Of a stretch of DNA of 64,000 nucleotides, positions 60,801 through 64,000 are shown piece after piece. Origin of the DNA: Phoronis australis (Eukaryota > Animalia > Phoronida). A program made the position numbers and the translations under genes. Within the stretch, counting starts at the first letter, position 1, and every line of letters begins with the position of its first letter. Where the stretch lies: contig NMRA01000720.1 of assembly GCA_002633005.1 (NCBI GenBank), positions 96,727 through 160,726 of the forward strand, read 5' to 3'. The notes under the pieces are model-generated. The model was given only the letters and a program-made list of their open reading frames with translations. It was not told the origin of the DNA and searched no databases.

Positions 60801-63759
60801 TTAGCAAACCTGTCTTATTTAGTGTCATATGCTCTGTTCAGACAATATATCAAAGGGCACCATTAGCCATCAAAGGGCACCATTAGCCACAAGGACCCCT
60901 CCCCTCACACCCCTGTATGACACTGGAAAGATTTTCTATCTAGATCAATTTTACTTTTTATTGATCTTTGGATTTTGTTGGGGTTGTATTTGTATTGTCA
61001 TAGTTTGCCAACTTAACTGTAATCGAAGAGCTTCAGTACTGACACCTGGCGATTCTGAATATTTTTGGACGTAGAATGAAATAGAAATGAAACTATTTTA
61101 TTTTTTTGAACATTAATGTATTTACTTTTATCAGACTTATATAAACTTGAGTGTCACCGATTTAAATGAAATCAAATATCCGTTGTCAATCAGAACTGAA
61201 CATAGCGAAGCTAGTATCACTGTGTCACGAAGTTTCCAAAGACGACTCGTTTGTGGTTAACAAGGGAATCGATTTTTTCAACGTCTCACGAAACAAAGTG
61301 ATGTTATTGGCGAAGAACAGTATTTGTTGCTAAAGATACGAAGATTCGTAAAACGTTGGCTAACGACAACAGATATGTATATTGGTTGGGCACTGAGACT
61401 TTTCATTAAAAAGACCTTACTGTTAATTGAGTGCTACAAACTTATAAGTGCTGCTAATAGTAAGCTTCACCTCGTCCACATTATCCCCGCTGTCTGCTGA
61501 TGGATTAGCAACAGCAACGCACATTTTGACATTTGCCAATAAGTCAAAGTTATTGGGAAAATGGCCAAAATATGAAATGTCACCTCGTGGTGGTCTGTGG
61601 CGTCCCTGGTTACACATAAATAGCCTGGATACCATAGTAGCTAGGAGAACAACATTAATGGAACCATAACTGGGGTATTAGTTAATTCTAATGTTTTTGG
61701 CTAAAGGAATAACGCAGCAGGTATTTGTTCGGTTATCGAAATTGTTGGCAAAATATGTATTCATTCAAAGTGCAGGGGACTAATTGAGATTAATTTAAAT
61801 AGCTTCATGCAATACATAGTTCTTGGCAACGTCAACGTTTATTGCCTCATGAGTTCATTGGACTGTTCTACACGTCTCCCCAGCTGACTGACTCAATTAT
61901 GAAAAGGCGCAAATAGAAAAAATTAACTTCGTAAACGCTCGACTAAAGCATCTCTGATATTGGCTTTGACATGTTTATGGCTCACGAATATTGCATAAAA
62001 TACGTATTTTAATCAAATAGAACAATTACTAGGGCAAATCAAAGTCGCCCACTTTATGGTTGTTGTACACAAGCAATCCTAAACACTCTTCAGCCATCCG
62101 GGACAATGATATCAGTGAAAATAGAGATTTTTACGTTGGAACCGTATGTGCAGGGAACAAGTCCAGAATGTGAAGCGAGTTCTAACATAAACTATTAAGC
62201 GAAGCGTAGTTTCAAAAACAATTCAAGTAAAAATCATGTGTTCTTGGCAGACGCGAAGTTAACGATCAGATATAGAACCGTTACACCTAGGTGCGTGAGG
62301 AATTAAGGAAACAACGATTAGAAAATCATCGTAAGGGGGTCTCGTGTCCTGTTACACTCTGAGCACTGTGTACGACTGTGTTGGTGTTGTTAGTCAAGGC
62401 CCGTTATTTCACTGCAAGATAGAGTGTACAATGGAAAATCGGCTGTTACTTTAGGGCGATATAATATTATAGACACCGATTGTTGTATTGCTTTTACAAC
62501 TGTTGTCTTTGCGCTCATTTAGCTATGGGGGCTACTGTCCGCAGTTCAAGTACAGGATCGGACAGACTTTTGGTAAGACGACACATGACCTCCTGACAGA
62601 TCGCGATGTGGCGACCTCTGGTAGACTTCTTCTGACCAACATCTATCCACACGAGACGGAAATGGATGTTATCAACAGAGGGCGTACACAACTCATCAAC
62701 ACCCGCACTGCCAGTTGGGGTGATCAGAAATTGGTTGACAAAATGGTACCTGGTTACACAGGTAAGAAAACATAGACTCACTGCGCAATTTGAGATATTT
62801 TTCTTGCGTGTGGTGTTGTTAAGTGCATGCAACTGCACCATCCTGTTATACAATAAAATATTTTTACAATTACAGATGGAACATGGAGCGGACTGTGTCG
62901 AAGGTGTTTTTTGGTACTGTGACGGTTCACTGAAACATCACAGTTTCCTTTTTTCCAATGAAATTGCATAATAACGAAATCAAATGTCACAACTTAGCCA
63001 CAGTGTTATACATGTAGTTTGACAGGTGGTTGCCAAACCATCCAAGACTAGTTTTCCAACGTGAGAGGCGCGGCAAATATCGTCATTGTCATTCTCACCC
63101 CATCTATGCCTATTGTATAGTCCTAAACGCACAAGCTTATGTTGCCCACCTCTGGAAAACGATTGTTAGTGACATTAATCTCGAGGCTTTCTGTGTAAAA
63201 CAGGCGTCGATTTAGGCAACTAACTGTTATACAATTGTTCTTGTTTTGTTCTACACTCAGCCGGAGGTTAGAAGCGATCACGTGATTTTGTGAAGACCAG
63301 AGTTCATTATTTCTTCTAACGAAGCAAACTGACCGTGGTCTGAAGAAAAAAATCCGTTTCGAAGCCCTGGAGTCAATTGGATACCAATTTGACCAAAGCA
63401 CAATTTCTTTACGGCATGTGATCTTAACCGCCGTTGCGATGGAATGCTAGTAGTTGCCTAATAAACTGCCATTGCGCCCAGCGCCTGTGTTCCAGCGCCA
63501 GTGTCCCACCTCCAGTATCTCAGCGCCGGTGTCACGCAGGAATTTTACGCATATTTTATCCTCCACGATTTTATTTCCAGGGTTTGTGCCCCGTGGAGAG
63601 CATTACTTTGGCAAAAGGTACGCAGAAAATTGCTTCAACGCCATATCAGATTTCGAAAATGAGCAGAGGAAGCGCAACTTGTACCTGAACTCGGTCAAGG
63701 AAGCAGGCGCACTGCAAGACGGCAAGATGGACTACAACCAAGGCCGGTCGGAAATGACA
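57890..63759 (+). CDS. FAM166/CIMIP2-family ciliary microtubule inner protein, first three coding exons (continues beyond window)
   Basis: Exons 57890-57951, 62523-62761, 63581-63759; GT-AG, phases 2 and 1 consistent. Repeated motifs DPYHTPGYGGYCPQFKYRIGQTFGKTT and MVPGYTGFVPR...FGKRY are typical of FAM166A/B. Paralog not assignable. Confidence 0.85.
58365..58446. mobile_element. Short GC-rich MITE (CATAGGCGGATTTAGG...GGTCGCCTGTG)
   Basis: Imperfect TIRs similar to 43632-43796; no clear TSD; contains an n. Confidence 0.45.
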
Positions 63760-64000
63760 GTGAGTAGACACGAGTCATCTTATTCCCACTGGAGTTTCAA
63801 AAGGCAACGCTGCCTAAGTACTGTCCACTTGTCAAGTGCGAAAGCCATCTCAAGAGCACGCGTAGTTTTAAGGCCTGGAACCCGTTCCAAGAAAACTGAC
63901 TGATCCACGACAAATCTTACATTTGCGACAACTTGAAATGAAATTGCATGTCCTAAATCTTTCACAAGAAAATAATCTAAGGTTCGAGTTAAGTGTTGAC

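Overview
AT-rich, intron-rich eukaryotic DNA, probably a metazoan invertebrate (inference), from a draft assembly with single-n contig joins. Five protein-coding units were traced by hand through splice sites and reading phase: (1) a complete 5-exon, ~514-aa gene with 8 ankyrin repeats and a coiled-coil tail on the minus strand (630-7812), apparently nested antisense in a >13.6-kb intron of (2) a mitochondrial-type valyl-tRNA synthetase (VARS2-like, last 10 exons, 13610-19450); (3) a complete 16-coding-exon GPCPD1/GDE5 gene (minus, 23032-41903) with one GC-AG intron; (4) a single-exon 640-aa ORF (49586-51508) combining an N-myristoylation motif, a permuted papain-like NlpC/P60 (LRAT/PPPDE-type, H..E..NNCQ) domain and a multi-pass membrane domain, in a transposon-dense island bracketed by old direct repeats; (5) the first three exons of a FAM166/CIMIP2-like ciliary gene. 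The most notable non-coding pattern is tandem repeats that repeatedly copy exon-intron junctions (five stacked donors 42 bp apart in GPCPD1; four stacked acceptor+ATG units in the ankyrin gene). Also present: a 4.1-kb foldback element with nested MITEs, a modular MITE family with 5-bp target duplications and a piggyBac-type MITE. All family assignments come from recalled motifs; no database searches were run.
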